This document shows positions 33,745-45,439 of a DNA stretch of 64,000 bases, one piece after another (positions within the stretch are counted from its first letter, which is position 1; the number at the start of each line of letters is the position of its first letter). Source of the DNA: Haliotis rubra (lineage: Eukaryota). The notes under the pieces were generated by a model. The model did no database searches, was not told where the DNA came from, and was given only the letters and a program-made list of their open reading frames with translations. A program made the position numbers and the translations under genes. The stretch lies in assembly GCF_003918875.1 (NCBI RefSeq), contig NW_025765324.1:88041-152040 (forward strand). The letters are read 5' to 3'.

Positions 33745-33930
33745 ATAAATATTGATTCCCATGAAGGTCTGGCTTAGTTTCCGCCTTCAACAACACATGC
33801 TTATCGTAAGAGGCGACTAAGGGAATCTGGCTGCTGATTGGTTGATGCATGCCATTGTATCCAAATTTTGCAGATGTCAATCACTGGATTGTCTTGTCCA
33901 GATTCTATATATACAGACTGCTGTCATATA
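33745..33930 (+). mobile_element. SINE-B fragment
   Basis: ...aacacatgcttatcgtaagaggcgactaagggaatctggctgctgattggttgatgcatgccattgtatcc...atcactggattgtcttgtccagattctatatatacagactgctgtcatatagg (3' truncated). Confidence 0.55.
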
Positions 33931-34514
33931 GGAAGGCGTTTCCTATTCTCGCGGTACTTACGGAAAAAATAACACAAACAATTCTTATCGTATGAATGCT
34001 TGTTGTTATTAAATGAAGGTCCTTCTCCTCTAACATCTGCATCTATCAGCTGCCAGATCCATCAGGTGAATTACCACTCATGAGCCCGGTGATAAACAAT
34101 GCCATCCGACATTGTTGAAACGAGGCTTCTCCCAGTCTCGCGGAATTACCAGGAATTAACGTTATTGAGTGTATGTAAAAGCAATCCTGCCGGAAAGGGC
34201 GAGAAAAAGTAATGATATGTCCAAGTTGGTATAAACTCCCCAATATTCGTGACACTGCAAGATTTTGATCATTCACCGACTTAGTCCACTTCTTAGTTAC
34301 CAGTCGCTGATGTAAACAACCGCTAAGTGTCACGCATCGGCGATTTCGGCAGAAAACGTATTTACCGCGAGAATAGGAAACCTGCGAGAATAGGAGACGG
34401 ACCTATACCTGTGTTGCTGAGTGTGGCACTGAACACCAAACACAATATACTAGCATGATGGATTATACCCTGACATGATTGTATGATTTGTACGTTCTCT
34501 GCAAGCAGATTGAC

Positions 34515-35130
34515 TCGCACCCTGATTTAAGTGAATGATTGATTGATTGATTGTTGTTTAACGCCGCTGTCAGCAATATTCCAACTATATGGCGGCAGTC
34601 TGTAACAGAGGTGTTACGATTAATGGAAATAATCAAATATTGATCGCAATGGCCAAACCGCAAAGCAATAGATCACATTTTCTCATAATCGAACACAAAT
34701 GATTTTGTAACTACTGTTTTAGTGTTTGAAACACATGGAACATGCCTTAGATGTTGTCAGGGCTTGAAAACGTGTTCAAATCTTAGAAAAAATTAACATC
34801 ACTTACTGAAAAGTCATGACTGAATATTTCTTGAGGACTATGGGAACAGAAATACCTGAAAAATGATGCTAACCAATTTTTTTTTATGATTGCTCGTTGG
34901 TAAAGGACCAATCATCAATTGTGAGATTTCAACCAATTCCTAACACTAGTCTGTAAATAATCAAGTCTGTACCAGACAATCCAGTGATCAACAGCATGAA
35001 CATTGATCTACGCAACTGGGTTACAATGTCAATCATGTTGGCAAGCCTGACCACCTGATCCTGTTAGTTGCCTCTTACGACAAGCATTGGTAACTGAAGA
35101 CCAACTCTAACCCGGATCTTCATGGATCTT
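34515..35130 (-). mobile_element. SINE-B copy split by a ~350-bp nested insertion
   Basis: 34515-34596 gives the tail in reverse complement (..ttaacgccgctgtcagcaatattccaactatatggcggcagtctgtaa). The element resumes at about 34951 (ctgtaaataatcaagtctgtaccagacaatccagtgatcaacagcatgaacattgatctacgcaactggg...). The intervening sequence is unrelated. Confidence 0.5.
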
Positions 35131-35202
35131 ACGTGAATGATCTTACGTGAATGAAGCCTGATACTGGTGCTGTGGTAGTAATGTAATATGATGTTCTTAC
35201 AG

Positions 35203-35295
35203 CTGAAACTCATCACATCGAAGAAGGAAGCCAGCAATCCCCTCTACCTTAAACTGGCCTGTGAGGAACTCAGAGTTTTGGGTGTCTTTGAGCAG
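35203..35295 (+). CDS. TEP1: TEP1-like exon 24
   Basis: Acceptor ttcttacag|ctg, donor gagcag|gtaaca. Peptide LKLITSKKEASNPLYLKLACEELRVLGVFEQ. Confidence 0.7.
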
Positions 35296-35755
35296 GTAAC
35301 ACAGATTCATTTTTTCACAATTTGAAATCCAACATCATTGTATATTTATACTGAATATGAAGTGGAATAATGAATATATTGGGGGGATATTTTTCTTGTG
35401 GAGAATGATCATGAAGATATGTCCGAAATACTGATGATCCCTCATAGTTTAGCTGTGTAAAAGTAAAACAAAATAGAAATGTGTCACATAGAAAATAGTC
35501 CCTCCAAGGAATATTTTCCTACTAAAGAAGTCTGTCAAAGGTCACTTTCATAACATTGACCGAAGAACTTCAAGGCACTGGTGGCAGGGGGACAGATGAC
35601 ATTAGGAACACTAATTAATTGTACCATAATAATTGTATTCAGTTGTATAATTGTATTCAGTATTTGTTAACAACAATAATGATATCAATATTATGAAATC
35701 ACTTGTATTGTTTATCATGGAAATACTGAGTTGTCCAATCTGTTCCTCCCTCCAG

Positions 35756-35888
35756 ATATCCACCAAGTTGAAGTCGCTGCCCCACACGACCCCCCAGCTG
35801 CTGCAGGAGGTGCTGGCCAGATTGGAGACTGACCACGGCCAGGCTGTTGTGGCTACTGCCCTCTCTCTACTTGTCTGTTCCAGAGACG
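35756..35888 (+). CDS. TEP1: TEP1-like exon 25
   Basis: Acceptor ctccctccag|ata, donor agagacg|gtacga. Peptide ISTKLKSLPHTTPQLLQEVLARLETDHGQAVVATALSLLVCSRD. Confidence 0.65.
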
Positions 35889-35964
35889 GTACGACCTAAT
35901 ACTGCATATTTCTGATTGCTGAAGTTTTCAATAGAATTAACGGGATTATAACTCTTCTTCATCT

Positions 35965-36270
35965 GGGCATGTACCCATGAAGATCTGGGTTAGAATTGAT
36001 CTTCAGTAACCCATGTTTGTTGTATGAGGTGACTGACGGGATTATACTGACTCGAGTTTCCACCAGTCCTTGTGGTCAAGCTTGATGACTTGGTTGACAC
36101 AGGTCATCGGTGATCCCACTACTACACCACGGAGGCGTCATGAGTGTGATGCTCATGCTGTTGATCACTGAATTGTCTGGCCCAGACTCGATTATTTACA
36201 GACCGCTTCCATATAGCTGGTTTATTGCTGAGTGCGGTGTTAAACAACAAACCAACCAACCAACCAAATC
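35965..36270 (+). mobile_element. SINE-B copy
   Basis: tacccatgaagatctgggttagaattgatcttcagtaacccatgtttgttgtatgaggtgactgacggg...ccatatagctggtttattgctgagtgcggtgttaaacaacaaaccaaccaacc. Confidence 0.75.
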
Positions 36271-36419
36271 TTCATGTCATGAGGTGTCTCTTCATTCCCT
36301 CTCCTTGCAGGAGACACTTGTCAACCTGCCACCTGTCCCATATTGACTGACAGCCTGATTGCAACAGGGCCAAAATATTCTAAATGGGACAAATTTTTAT
36401 GGTATTACATCTATTTTAG

Positions 36420-36597
36420 GGCTACCAGCAGAGGATCTTCGAGAACTGCTCACATGGTGGAATATACTGGGAAGTAAGAAGTTTGATGTCAATGACTTTA
36501 TGAACATTGACGTTGATATGGAGGACCTCATGCCCCCGGCCTCCTTCTCCTACCTCTGCCGCTCGATCCAGACTTTCCTCAACCCAAGTGGAGCATG
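36420..36597 (+). CDS. TEP1: TEP1-like exon 26
   Basis: Acceptor ctattttag|g, donor gagcatg|gtgaga. Peptide GLPAEDLRELLTWWNILGSKKFDVNDFMNIDVDMEDLMPPASFSYLCRSIQTFLNPSGA. Confidence 0.65.
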
Positions 36598-36692
36598 GTG
36601 AGACACTCCAGACATTTTTAATTCATTGGGTTGTTTTTACCCATTTGCTACTTTTTACTTTTTCAGCCATATTTTATGATATTTAGTTCAGT

Positions 36693-36855
36693 ATGGTAGG
36701 AGGGTTGGGGTAGCCTAGTTGTTAAAGTGTCAGCTCGTCACTCCAAATACTAAGGTTTGAATCCCTCATGTGCGCAGTATGTTTAGCCAATTTCTGGTGT
36801 TCTCTGCCATGATATTGCTGGACTAAAAGCAACATAAAACCATACTCTTTGACTC
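36693..36855 (+). mobile_element. SINE-A copy (diverged)
   Basis: ggggtagcctagttgttaaagtgtcagctcgtcactccaaatactaaggtttgaatccctcatgtgcgcagtatgtttagccaatttctggtgttctctgccatgatattgctggactaaaagcaacataaaaccatactc. Confidence 0.65.
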
Positions 36856-37189
36856 GAGTTTGTGGTAGGTCTGGAATATATTTAAAGCATTCTGGTTATT
36901 GGTTGGCAGCCAGCCAGCAAGCTGTTTCAATCAGAGGTAGATTTTAACTGCAACTGAAAAACTATGTTTGACCAATCAGAAGAGACAATTTTTTCAAATT
37001 CCTGACACTTAACACCTCTAAAGTTTCCAAACATCAAAATAAATATGTGTGGCCAAAATGCCACAGTCTTACTTCTCATATGGAGTCATACATCATCACA
37101 TCACATTGCTGATTCAAGTTCTATCTGTGTTTTGGTTACCTCTTTGTTTTGTCTTTTGATATCCATGACAACAAGGTGTTTTTTTTTAG

Positions 37190-37299
37190 GAGCACCTGCC
37201 TGTCACTGGCCCATACAGAGATAATGAATGCTGTCCGTCACCGCTATCTACGAGGTGTTGCTGCAGACAAAGAACTCAACCTGCATAAACTCCTTGCAG
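37190..37299 (+). CDS. TEP1: TEP1-like exon 27
   Basis: Acceptor tttttttag|g, donor cttgcag|gtaatg. Peptide WSTCLSLAHTEIMNAVRHRYLRGVAADKELNLHKLLA. Confidence 0.65.
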
Positions 37300-37486
37300 G
37301 TAATGAATAACCAAACATGGATACTGATATCTGCAGTAGATTTATTACACTTTAAGATGAAAATACTACCTTTCATGAATTATGGGGCTGATTTTCGGAA
37401 GAATGTCCTAATTAATCGTTACAGTGAGGATGATGTCATGCTGTTGTCCACAAACATTATATGTTTGCTGCCGTTCTGTGTTTCAG

Positions 37487-37574
37487 GCTACTACCTCCGC
37501 CAGGCTGACCCTGAGAAAACAGGAACCTGGACAGGGCACACACGCGCGCCTTCAGTGAGCTGCCCTACCATCTG
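37487..37574 (+). CDS. TEP1: TEP1-like exon 28 (contains apparent frameshift in a CA/CG dinucleotide run)
   Basis: Acceptor tgtgtttcag|gc, donor catctg|gtcagt. Begins GYYLRQADPEKTGTWTGHTR in the entering frame. The conserved-looking AFSELPYHL that joins exon 29 in frame is in another frame. The switch lies in cacacacgcgcgcc at about 37540-37550; one fewer CG unit would restore the frame. Confidence 0.6.
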
Positions 37575-37689
37575 GTCAGTCTTACTCTTAGAGTTAAAGG
37601 CTTTAACTCACCTGGAAAGGGCTACACGAGCTCATCTGAACTAATGGTTATCCCATGTCTGTTGTCCATCGTTGTGAACTTACAGATGA

Positions 37690-37812
37690 ACATGTCTATA
37701 TCTGACTTTATACAATATAGAACAAACTTTATGGATAACAACTTCTTTATATTTTTTTTGTTATTCATAAAGTTTGTTCTATATTGTACTTCCCAACTTC
37801 TAAAATGCCACT
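37690..37812. mobile_element. MITE family X (short copy)
   Basis: caatatagaacaaactttatggataacaacttctttatatttttttt gttattcataaagtttgttctatattgtacttcccaacttctaaaatgccac forms a hairpin. Same termini as 44985-45250. Confidence 0.55.
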
Positions 37813-38182
37813 CAAAGAAGTTATATTTGACTTCACCTGAAAAGAGGGGTTTTGTTCATCTGAACTGAAAGCTATTCCATGTCTGGTTGTCTGTCTGTCC
37901 TTGTAATGCATGAACATGTATTTGACTTTTTCAAATTCTCGTAAATCTAGTTTTGCCCCATTTTGGACATTTTGACTGAAACAAACAGTTTATTAAAAGC
38001 TTCAATGGAATATTCCAGCAACAGATCAGATTTCTGGCAACTGCATCAATTATTGTATTCATGTATAATACAGCATGTGTGTGAAGGGCCTGATAATATA
38101 TGCTAGAGTTTTTGTTTTTTCGATGTTTGACAATAAAGTTATCTTCGACTTTAGTGTAGACACATTTTCCTCCTACTTTCAG

Positions 38183-38297
38183 GCTGCAAGTGGAAGCTTC
38201 ACTGACCTGAAGCTGATACTGTGTGACCTTCACTTCATCCATGCTAAGTGTAAACTTGGCCTCGCTGCCCAGCTCATGGATGACTTTGTTGCAAAAG
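38183..38297 (+). CDS. TEP1: TEP1-like exon 29
   Basis: Acceptor ctactttcag|gct, donor gcaaaag|gtaaca. Peptide AASGSFTDLKLILCDLHFIHAKCKLGLAAQLMDDFVAK. Confidence 0.7.
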
Positions 38298-38895
38298 GTA
38301 ACAAGATCTGTTGAAAAAGTTGAATTGATATCGACAATTTATCATTCCAAAACTGTCTTCCACTGAGGTGTCCCTACAGTGATCATGGTCACATCATAAA
38401 TACCATGATGTCTTAATCAGTGATGCCATTTACTTCTATTACACTGACTCTGGGTAGCTGTTAAAAAAGGTACTTGCTATTACTGTTTACAAGCTGAAAG
38501 CGGTATGATAGATCACCCCTCATGTGTGTTGATCAAGTGTAGCAAACATTTCAGTGAAAGCTAAAAACGTTTATTGACACATTGATATATCTGACATCAA
38601 AGGACAAGGTTCTCTGTTCAGTATATAAGGTAGTTTTCTGTAATGTTATTGATATTCATATTTGTGAGATATGTTAGATATGTTGGTTTAAGGGCAAACA
38701 CTCTACTGAGTCTATGTTAAAGCAAGGGTGATCTGATCACTTAATGCTGAGAACTTATGATGGACCAGTTCCCAGGAGACTCATCAGAGATACATTCAGC
38801 CTCGATGATACCTTTGTGCTTTGAAGAATTTCATTACTTCTGTGTCTGTAGTGGTATGATGTAAATTATAAACACAGACATATGTGTGTTGACAG

Positions 38896-39004
38896 TGTCC
38901 ACTACCAACAAGACCTTGGAGAAGGAGCAAACCCGTTTCCAGGCGGTGCCGAGAGTTCAGCAGTATGCATCATTCGTGTCACGCAATCTACACATTCTGG
39001 CCAG
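38896..39004 (+). CDS. TEP1: TEP1-like exon 30
   Basis: Acceptor tgttgacag|tg, donor ggccag|gtaatt. Peptide VSTTNKTLEKEQTRFQAVPRVQQYASFVSRNLHILA. Confidence 0.65.
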
Positions 39005-39239
39005 GTAATTGTCTCAACTGTCATTCCCTTAAAATTGGTATCAGTAAAGTGAGGTCAAATGGGGCTTAACTTCAATAAACCATAAATTTAGACTATTTAG
39101 TCAGTAGTCATAACATTTGTCAGTGTCAGTCAGTGATAAAAGATGCGAATAGACAAATCATCTCTTTGCTTGTTTGGAAACATGGGGACCGCTGGTTCTG
39201 CCTCATTCATTACTCTTTGAGTTTTGTCATAATTATGTT

Positions 39240-39425
39240 ACCCCAATGAAGACCCTCTACTAACAGGACGTTGTGGTCAGGTTCACTGACAAGGTTGATG
39301 TCATCACATCCCAATTATTTAGTTTGATGCTCATGATGTCAATCACTGGATTTTCTGATTCAGACTTTATTATTTACAGACTTCCATTATATAGCGGGAA
39401 TATGGAGTGCACTGTTAAACAGCAA
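39240..39425 (+). mobile_element. SINE-B copy (diverged)
   Basis: ctactaacaggacgttgtggtcaggttcactgacaaggttgatgtcatcacatcccaattatttagtttgatgctcatgatgtcaatcactggattttctgattcagactttattatttacagacttccattatatagcgggaatatgg. Confidence 0.55.
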
Positions 39426-39640
39426 ACAAATAAAGTGAAATTTTGTAGATTAAATAATGAGCATCATGACTACATAACACCATGAAAATGATGATTTAAA
39501 TACAGAAAAATATTGTTCATGACACTTGGCGATACTACGTTGGCAACCTTTCAAAACGTTTGATATTCTGCCAGTGAGAGTTAGTATTAGCATTGCAGTT
39601 AAAGTGGATATAATAAGACAATGTACATTAATTACTGCAG

Positions 39641-39800
39641 TCACCCAGCCTTGACCTGGCAGCAGGCTGTGAATGAACCTGATACATCGGAGGTGTGTGT
39701 TGACGCCAAGACCCTGAGTGAGGACAACAGCTACATGGAGTGGAGCAACAAGCCGTCACAGACGGACCCCTGCTACCTCAACATCAGCAACCTGCCACAG
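39641..39800 (+). CDS. TEP1: TEP1-like exon 31
   Basis: Acceptor attactgcag|t, donor gccacag|gtacac. Peptide SHPALTWQQAVNEPDTSEVCVDAKTLSEDNSYMEWSNKPSQTDPCYLNISNLPQ. Confidence 0.65.
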
Positions 39801-39999
39801 GTACACACATCACACACATACGATTAATGATAGAATTAATTTTCAATGTTTGAATGTTATAAATGTTTTACCATCATAGTTTGGGTTTAAAATGAGCTTT
39901 CCACTGAAACCTTCTTTGTTCATCTGCTTTATATTCTAATGCTTTACTTTTTAAGTTTCTTTTGGAAAAAAGGAAAAAAAATAGAAAAAAAGGTAATGA

Positions 40000-40085
40000 G
40001 CGAGTTAGTATGATTTTATGCGGCTTTTAGCAATTCTCAAGCAATATCAGGGTGAGGGACACCAGAAATGGGCTTGATCAAGTAA
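40000..40085 (-). mobile_element. SINE-A fragment
   Basis: tgattttatgcggcttttagcaattctcaagcaatatcagggtgagggacaccagaaatgggcttgatc. Confidence 0.5.
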
Positions 40086-40158
40086 TGACCATTGTATAAG
40101 GAACATGTGCTTTTCATCTCTATGTGTATTTTGCACCATTTTCTGTTTCGCCTTTCAG

Positions 40159-40254
40159 CCCTCAACATGTGTGACCGTGTCAAGTGACAGCGAGTACTTC
40201 GCTACAGGTGGGATGGACTGCCTCGTCAGGCTGTACAACATGGACACTGGCAAG
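40159..40254 (+). CDS. TEP1: TEP1-like exon 32 (first WD40)
   Basis: Acceptor cgcctttcag|ccc, donor ggcaag|gtagtt. Peptide PSTCVTVSSDSEYFATGGMDCLVRLYNMDTGK. Confidence 0.7.
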
Positions 40255-40800
40255 GTAGTTCTTGTTACCTCAGGACACTTATCTTGGACACTGATAATTT
40301 CTTTTCTTAGTAATCTATTTGTTTATATATTGTACTGATTGTGTTTTCTTTTGATCATTTGTTGATGTATTATTTAGTGATAGGATTAAATAATGTAAAA
40401 ATAATGTTTTATTCTGTTCTTGAAGTTTAACAAAGTAATGTTTACCTTAACATCCATGTCTCATCAAGATTAAAAAAGGGACGAAGAGTAAAATACTCAG
40501 CGCGCCAAAGGATGGTCAATATGCATGGACCAACTGACCCAGGAAGTTGGCTATAACTGTGTAAAGCAATCTTTACACTTTGACTGCCGGAAGTCAATGT
40601 ATTGTATTTGACTTATGACAGTCATGGAGCTCACACACTGTGTCAACATGACCCATAAGCCCCCATACGTTACACCATTGCCCAGAGATGCCAACCTCTA
40701 CGATTTTATCGTAGTCGCTACAAATGTTAGCCTCAGACTACGATTGCACTAGAAATTCTACAAAATTTGAAGAAAATTCATTAAATTCACTAATCCGCAG

Positions 40801-40925
40801 GAGATCCGCTCATTCCGAGGACATGCTGACGCCATTGCTGACGTGTGTTTCGTAGGGAAAGGAGTACTGTGCAGTGCATCACTTGACAACACCTTGTGTC
40901 TCTGGCATGTGGAAGATGGACACAG
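40801..40925 (+). CDS. TEP1: TEP1-like exon 33 (WD40)
   Basis: Acceptor taatccgcag|gag, donor gacacag|gtacag. Peptide EIRSFRGHADAIADVCFVGKGVLCSASLDNTLCLWHVEDGH. Confidence 0.7.
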
Positions 40926-41443
40926 GTACAGTACAGAAGATTAACTGTTTTCAAGGAGACAAATATGACTGCTGTTTAATGAGTTTTCATGTGATAATTT
41001 CACTAGATTTGAGCTCTGGTTTACAAATCATGTTGAACTAGTGTATAACAAGCCTGCTAGCGTTTCTCCACATTGTCACTGGGTTTGTTTACTTCCAAGA
41101 AATGATCAGAACATTTGGAACCAACAGCATATTATCAGAGCTGGAATATTAGCCTAAAACATTAATGCTAACACTCAAGCTCAAGACTACAAAATGTTGC
41201 TAAGGAGTAGCCATTTACCAGTGGAGGTAGTGCTTTTTTGTTTAGTAGCATTTGGAGGCTGTTATTCTGATCCAGTTCTCAATGCTTCTGTTTTGCTGCA
41301 AACTAGAACTGAATTAAACAGACAGAAAATATACACATAGCAAACATTTTATATCTTGTCAAACAGGAATATCGGCAAGTTCTGATGCCTAAATATGGGT
41401 TACACAAGGTTTATCTCAGAACCTGAATACATGTGTTTTTCAG

Positions 41444-41593
41444 AATTGCCGTACTGAAGAGTCACCAGCGTCGGGTCAACTCGTGCACGTCTGACCAGTC
41501 CGGTAAACTGCTAGCATCTGGCGGGTGGGACTGTCAGATCAAGGTGTGGAACACCAGCACCACGGAGATCGTCTGCCACCTGAATGCAGAGAG
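41444..41593 (+). CDS. TEP1: TEP1-like exon 34 (WD40)
   Basis: Acceptor gtgtttttcag|a, donor cagagag|gtgaga. Peptide RIAVLKSHQRRVNSCTSDQSGKLLASGGWDCQIKVWNTSTTEIVCHLNAE. Confidence 0.7.
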
Positions 41594-42644
41594 GTGAGAG
41601 GATGTAGTGTATGGCAGTACCGCTGTAGTGAGACAGTAGGTCAGCTGGGCTTGACACCACTATGGCAGTATTCCAGTCATGGTGCCTCGGTGTGGGAGGG
41701 ACGCCTGAAGTGAGGTGCAAGTTTCAGATGTTGACCACTTGATGGAACCTGTGAACACAGAGATGGTGCTAACAAACCATAGTTGGGGTGAACCAGGATT
41801 TGAACACACAAAATAGGTTCCTGGTGTGCCCAAGGGATGCAACTCTGCACAGTATATGACAGTGCCTTTGATGACCAGGCCACCAATGCCCTCACTACTG
41901 CCGGAGGCATAGATGGAGGTTCATTTGAAGCACTGCAATTCACTATGCAGAGTTGCATGTCAAACCTGTGAATGGTCCAAATCACCCTTGTAAGTTTATC
42001 TGGGTCTATCAACACCCTAACTGGCATGTGAGTTTTATCTATGACCTGCTCCACACTGGACTTTCTGCTTCCATTAATCTATAACACAATGATAAGACCA
42101 AGCTTACTTACTTACTGTGGGATGAATCATCATCATTTTAAGCATTCTATAGGGCCTGTAAGTCCCGTGAGGCATTACTTCCAGTACTCAGCTGGTTTCT
42201 GGCTCCCTTTGCGCACACCAAGTTGCGATATGTGAGACGGGGCCCAGCTTACTTCCAGTACCAGATTTCCGGTAACAAGCGTATATTCAAGAACCAGTTC
42301 TGGTTCCAAGTTGTGCGACCACCAAATATGACTTTACTGGACCGGACCAAGTGTACACCCATACTTGGCTGTCAGAGCTGTTGACAGTCGTAATAGTTGA
42401 CTAATTTGGGGATGGTTAGATCAGAAATTTGTTATTCCTACAAAGATTATTGGTTTCTTACTGTCAACTGACAACCATAACACCATTCGAAGAGGTATGA
42501 AACATTGTTTGTCACCAAAGTACTAAGGTCTCTCGAAGTGCCGTGACCTACTTACAGGCCCTATTCAAAATCTTCTCCCACTCAAGACTAACTCACACTT
42601 AACCCCGTCTGTCCCTACATATGTCAAGTAATGTGTTTTTGCAG

Positions 42645-42750
42645 CCCGGTCAACTGTGTGGACTTCCACCCCGAGGGTCAGCTGATTGTTGCTGGCGGCT
42701 GGGACTCCACACTCAAGATCTTTGATGTCTTTCATAAACAGAGAAAGGCT
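42645..42750 (+). CDS. TEP1: TEP1-like exon 35 (WD40)
   Basis: Acceptor gtttttgcag|c, donor aaaggct|gtaagt. Peptide SPVNCVDFHPEGQLIVAGGWDSTLKIFDVFHKQRKA. Confidence 0.7.
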
Positions 42751-43221
42751 GTAAGTACTCCAGATATTTACCTACACCGGCTTATGGCCAAAATTCAGCC
42801 CAAATCTGCAACAAATGTCAGTAAAAATTCCTATGCCAGAATTAAATGTTTCCCAATTCATGCTGTTATTGAGATTGTATGGCTTTGTAGGGGTGACTTC
42901 TGATAGCCAGAATAAGGAAGAGGACAATCTTTAACATTATGTCATTGAATGCAGTGCTAAAATTCAATGTTAAATACCTCTGAATTTCAAAAATAAGAAC
43001 TTATACCTACACAAGAACAGAACATTTGAATATTTTACAGGATTTCTCTTTAAACAAATATTTATGGTATATCTATCAAAGTCTTTCTAAATTTGAAAAT
43101 TAACTGTAAAAATTCATGAATTAAATTCATTTTAATAGACCTCAGGTCCTTGTTTAAGATTATCATGTGTGTTCAGATCAAGTGGATTTTCTGTTGTTTA
43201 TATATACATGGAACGTTACAG

Positions 43222-43341
43222 GTATTGCGAGGTCACAGTTCATCTGTGCGCGACGTGGCCTACTCCCCGTCCGGCAGACATATTGCCTCAGCAGCGCTGG
43301 ATGGTGATGTCAAGATCTGGTCTGCTACAAATGGTTCTCAA
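43222..43341 (+). CDS. TEP1: TEP1-like exon 36 (WD40)
   Basis: Acceptor acgttacag|gta, donor tctcaa|gtaagt. Peptide VLRGHSSSVRDVAYSPSGRHIASAALDGDVKIWSATNGSQ. Confidence 0.75.
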
Positions 43342-43544
43342 GTAAGTAGAATAACTGGCCAGACTCACATATTGTTATCACATGATCTCCTTATAACATT
43401 GTATAAATGAAGTATTTTGTGCTTACAGCTAGCTGTTTGTGACTGTGAGAACCTCAGCTCTACAGCTGTACGTGTGACATTATGAAAAATATATTGATAT
43501 AAATTATTTTTATATTGATGCTAATTCTGTTTGCTTTATTTTAG

Positions 43545-43643
43545 GTCGGAAACATTTGTGGTCATTCCCTGCCAATCAACAAACTGACCTTCACCCCTAC
43601 AGGGAAGGAACTGGTCACTGTCAGTGATGACCATAAGATCAAG
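43545..43643 (+). CDS. TEP1: TEP1-like exon 37 (WD40)
   Basis: Acceptor ctttattttag|gtc, donor atcaag|gtcagt. Peptide VGNICGHSLPINKLTFTPTGKELVTVSDDHKIK. Confidence 0.7.
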
Positions 43644-43929
43644 GTCAGTTCGATGATATTTGTACTTGTCATGAACTTGTATATAAGGCCTTGGAAGATT
43701 GAGTCAAAGATTTGTATGCCAGTTTGCCCCACTTCATAAATTCTTGCTTGATCAGTGTATGTTTCCGTGTGGAGTTAACGTGAGAATAGGTCTGAACACA
43801 GAAACATGAGTGTCATCAAGCCCTGACATTGTGGTATGGTTGTCATTGTATCTTCTAGTACCAGTCAGTGAGTTCAGATTTAGATCAGCTTTACTTCAGC
43901 CTTATAGCGACGAGACCAAGTTCACGCTT

Positions 43930-44165
43930 ATGCTTCCCATGAAGGGTTAGAGTAACCCATGCTTGTCGTAAGAGGCGACTAATGGGATCTGGTGGTCAAG
44001 CTCGCTGACTTGGTTGTCACATGTCATTGGTTCCCAATTGCGCAGATCGATGCTCATGCTGTTGATCACTGGATTGTCTGGTCCAGATTTGATTATTTAC
44101 AGACCGCTGCCATATGGCTGGAACATTGCTGAGTGCGGTGTAAAACTAAACTCACTCACTCACTC
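43930..44165 (+). mobile_element. SINE-B copy
   Basis: ...agtaacccatgcttgtcgtaagaggcgactaatgggatctggtggtcaagctcgctgacttggttgtcacatgtcattgg...gccatatggctggaacattgctgagtgcggtgtaaaactaaactcactcactcactc. Confidence 0.8.
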
Positions 44166-44431
44166 TTATGCACAAGCTTCCAGTAAGAGGACAGGCTGGA
44201 TTATATACAGGCTGCTTACAGTTTTTGTTTTCACTAGCTAGCTAACACTACCTGCTACTCAGATGCCTACTGCATCATAGTAAAACTGGTACGCCACAAG
44301 GAAATGTCAATACTGGTTATCATTCCTAAAGTTTACTTGGCTGCAGTGGGAACTTTGCAAAGTGCAAATCTCTTTGTGCGTATATCTGTTTGTTACATTA
44401 TGTGAATACCTTGACCTTCATTTACCTCCAG

Positions 44432-44585
44432 GTGTGGTCAGGACACCTGGGAATTCCCCTACACTGTCTTGGGTCTGAGAAGAATGGACCGGTCACTTCA
44501 GTAGCACTCTCTCCGCAAGGAGATCTGGTTGCCACACACGCAGGATACCACGAGGGCCATGCCCGAGTCTTTGATGTCAACACAG
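44432..44585 (+). CDS. TEP1: TEP1-like exon 38 (WD40)
   Basis: Acceptor tacctccag|gtg, donor aacacag|gtagga. Peptide VWSGHLGIPLHCLGSEKNGPVTSVALSPQGDLVATHAGYHEGHARVFDVNT. Confidence 0.7.
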
Positions 44586-44720
44586 GTAGGAATTGAGCAA
44601 TCAAACAGATAGGGATGTACAAGAGGGATGAGTGATGTACAGACTGGATTGTATGACCAGGAAATTTTTGTAAATATAATACATGGAAAGTAAACCTGAC
44701 CCACGTTCGTTATTCTGTAG

Positions 44721-44827
44721 GCATGCAGCTAGCGGAGGTGAAGCATCACAGTGCAGCAGTGAGAGCTCTAACTTACAGTCGGGACGGACGCTATGTCTTC
44801 ACAGGCGCTGACGACAACATGGTGCTG
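44721..44827 (+). CDS. TEP1: TEP1-like exon 39 (WD40)
   Basis: Acceptor attctgtag|gc, donor gtgctg|gtgagt. Peptide GMQLAEVKHHSAAVRALTYSRDGRYVFTGADDNMVL. Confidence 0.7.
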
Positions 44828-44984
44828 GTGAGTAGGAGTCGAGGTTGAATCTTGGTTCATCTCAGTCTCGGGTCTTTTGTAAAACAATATATGAGCTCAT
44901 GTTTAGTATCATGCTTCCTCTGGTTTTGATGAATATTACAGATGCCATATTACTGCTCTAATTTGACTTCTTTGAGTGGCATTT

Positions 44985-45250
44985 TGGAAGTTGGGAAGTA
45001 CAATATAGAACAAACTTTATGGATAACAGCTTCTTTTTATTCGTGAGTGCGACGTTTCGATACAGATTCTTGTACCGTTGTCACTGTATCGAAACGTCGC
45101 ACTCACACATCCAGTATATATACACTTCCCCCTTCTTCATGTTCCATTATGCTTGACAACGGTACAAGAATCTGTATCGAAACGTCGCACTCACGAATAA
45201 AAAGAAGCTGTTATCCATAAAGTTTGTTCTATATTGCTCTAATTTGGGTG
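44985..45250. mobile_element. MITE family X (foldback with ~100-bp arms)
   Basis: ggaagttgggaagtacaatatagaacaaactttatggataacagcttctttttattcgtgagtgcgacgtttcgatacagattcttgtaccgttgtc .. gacaacggtacaagaatctgtatcgaaacgtcgcactcacgaataaaaagaagctgttatccataaagtttgttctatattg has near-perfect reverse-complement arms. Related terminus fragments at 11800-11830 and 37690-37812. Confidence 0.65.
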
Positions 45251-45439
45251 CCTTCAGTTTTAGCTTGAAGAAAGTCAGCCTCAGACTTATTGAGTTTCAT
45301 TGTATTGGTTGCCCAGTTAGATCAGTCATTCTCAATGTGTTTCCGATACTGTAACAATGGATAAACTATTGATGTATTACAGTGATCAAGGTCATGACCC
45401 AGTTGCGTCATAAATACAAAACAAACATCTTAAGAATTG

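Noticed and set aside
36110-36346. ORFs such as MIPLLHHGGVMSVMLMLLITELSGPDSIIYRP (also 12724, 44014, 4407 and others)
   Set aside because: Recurrent translations of SINE-B copies.
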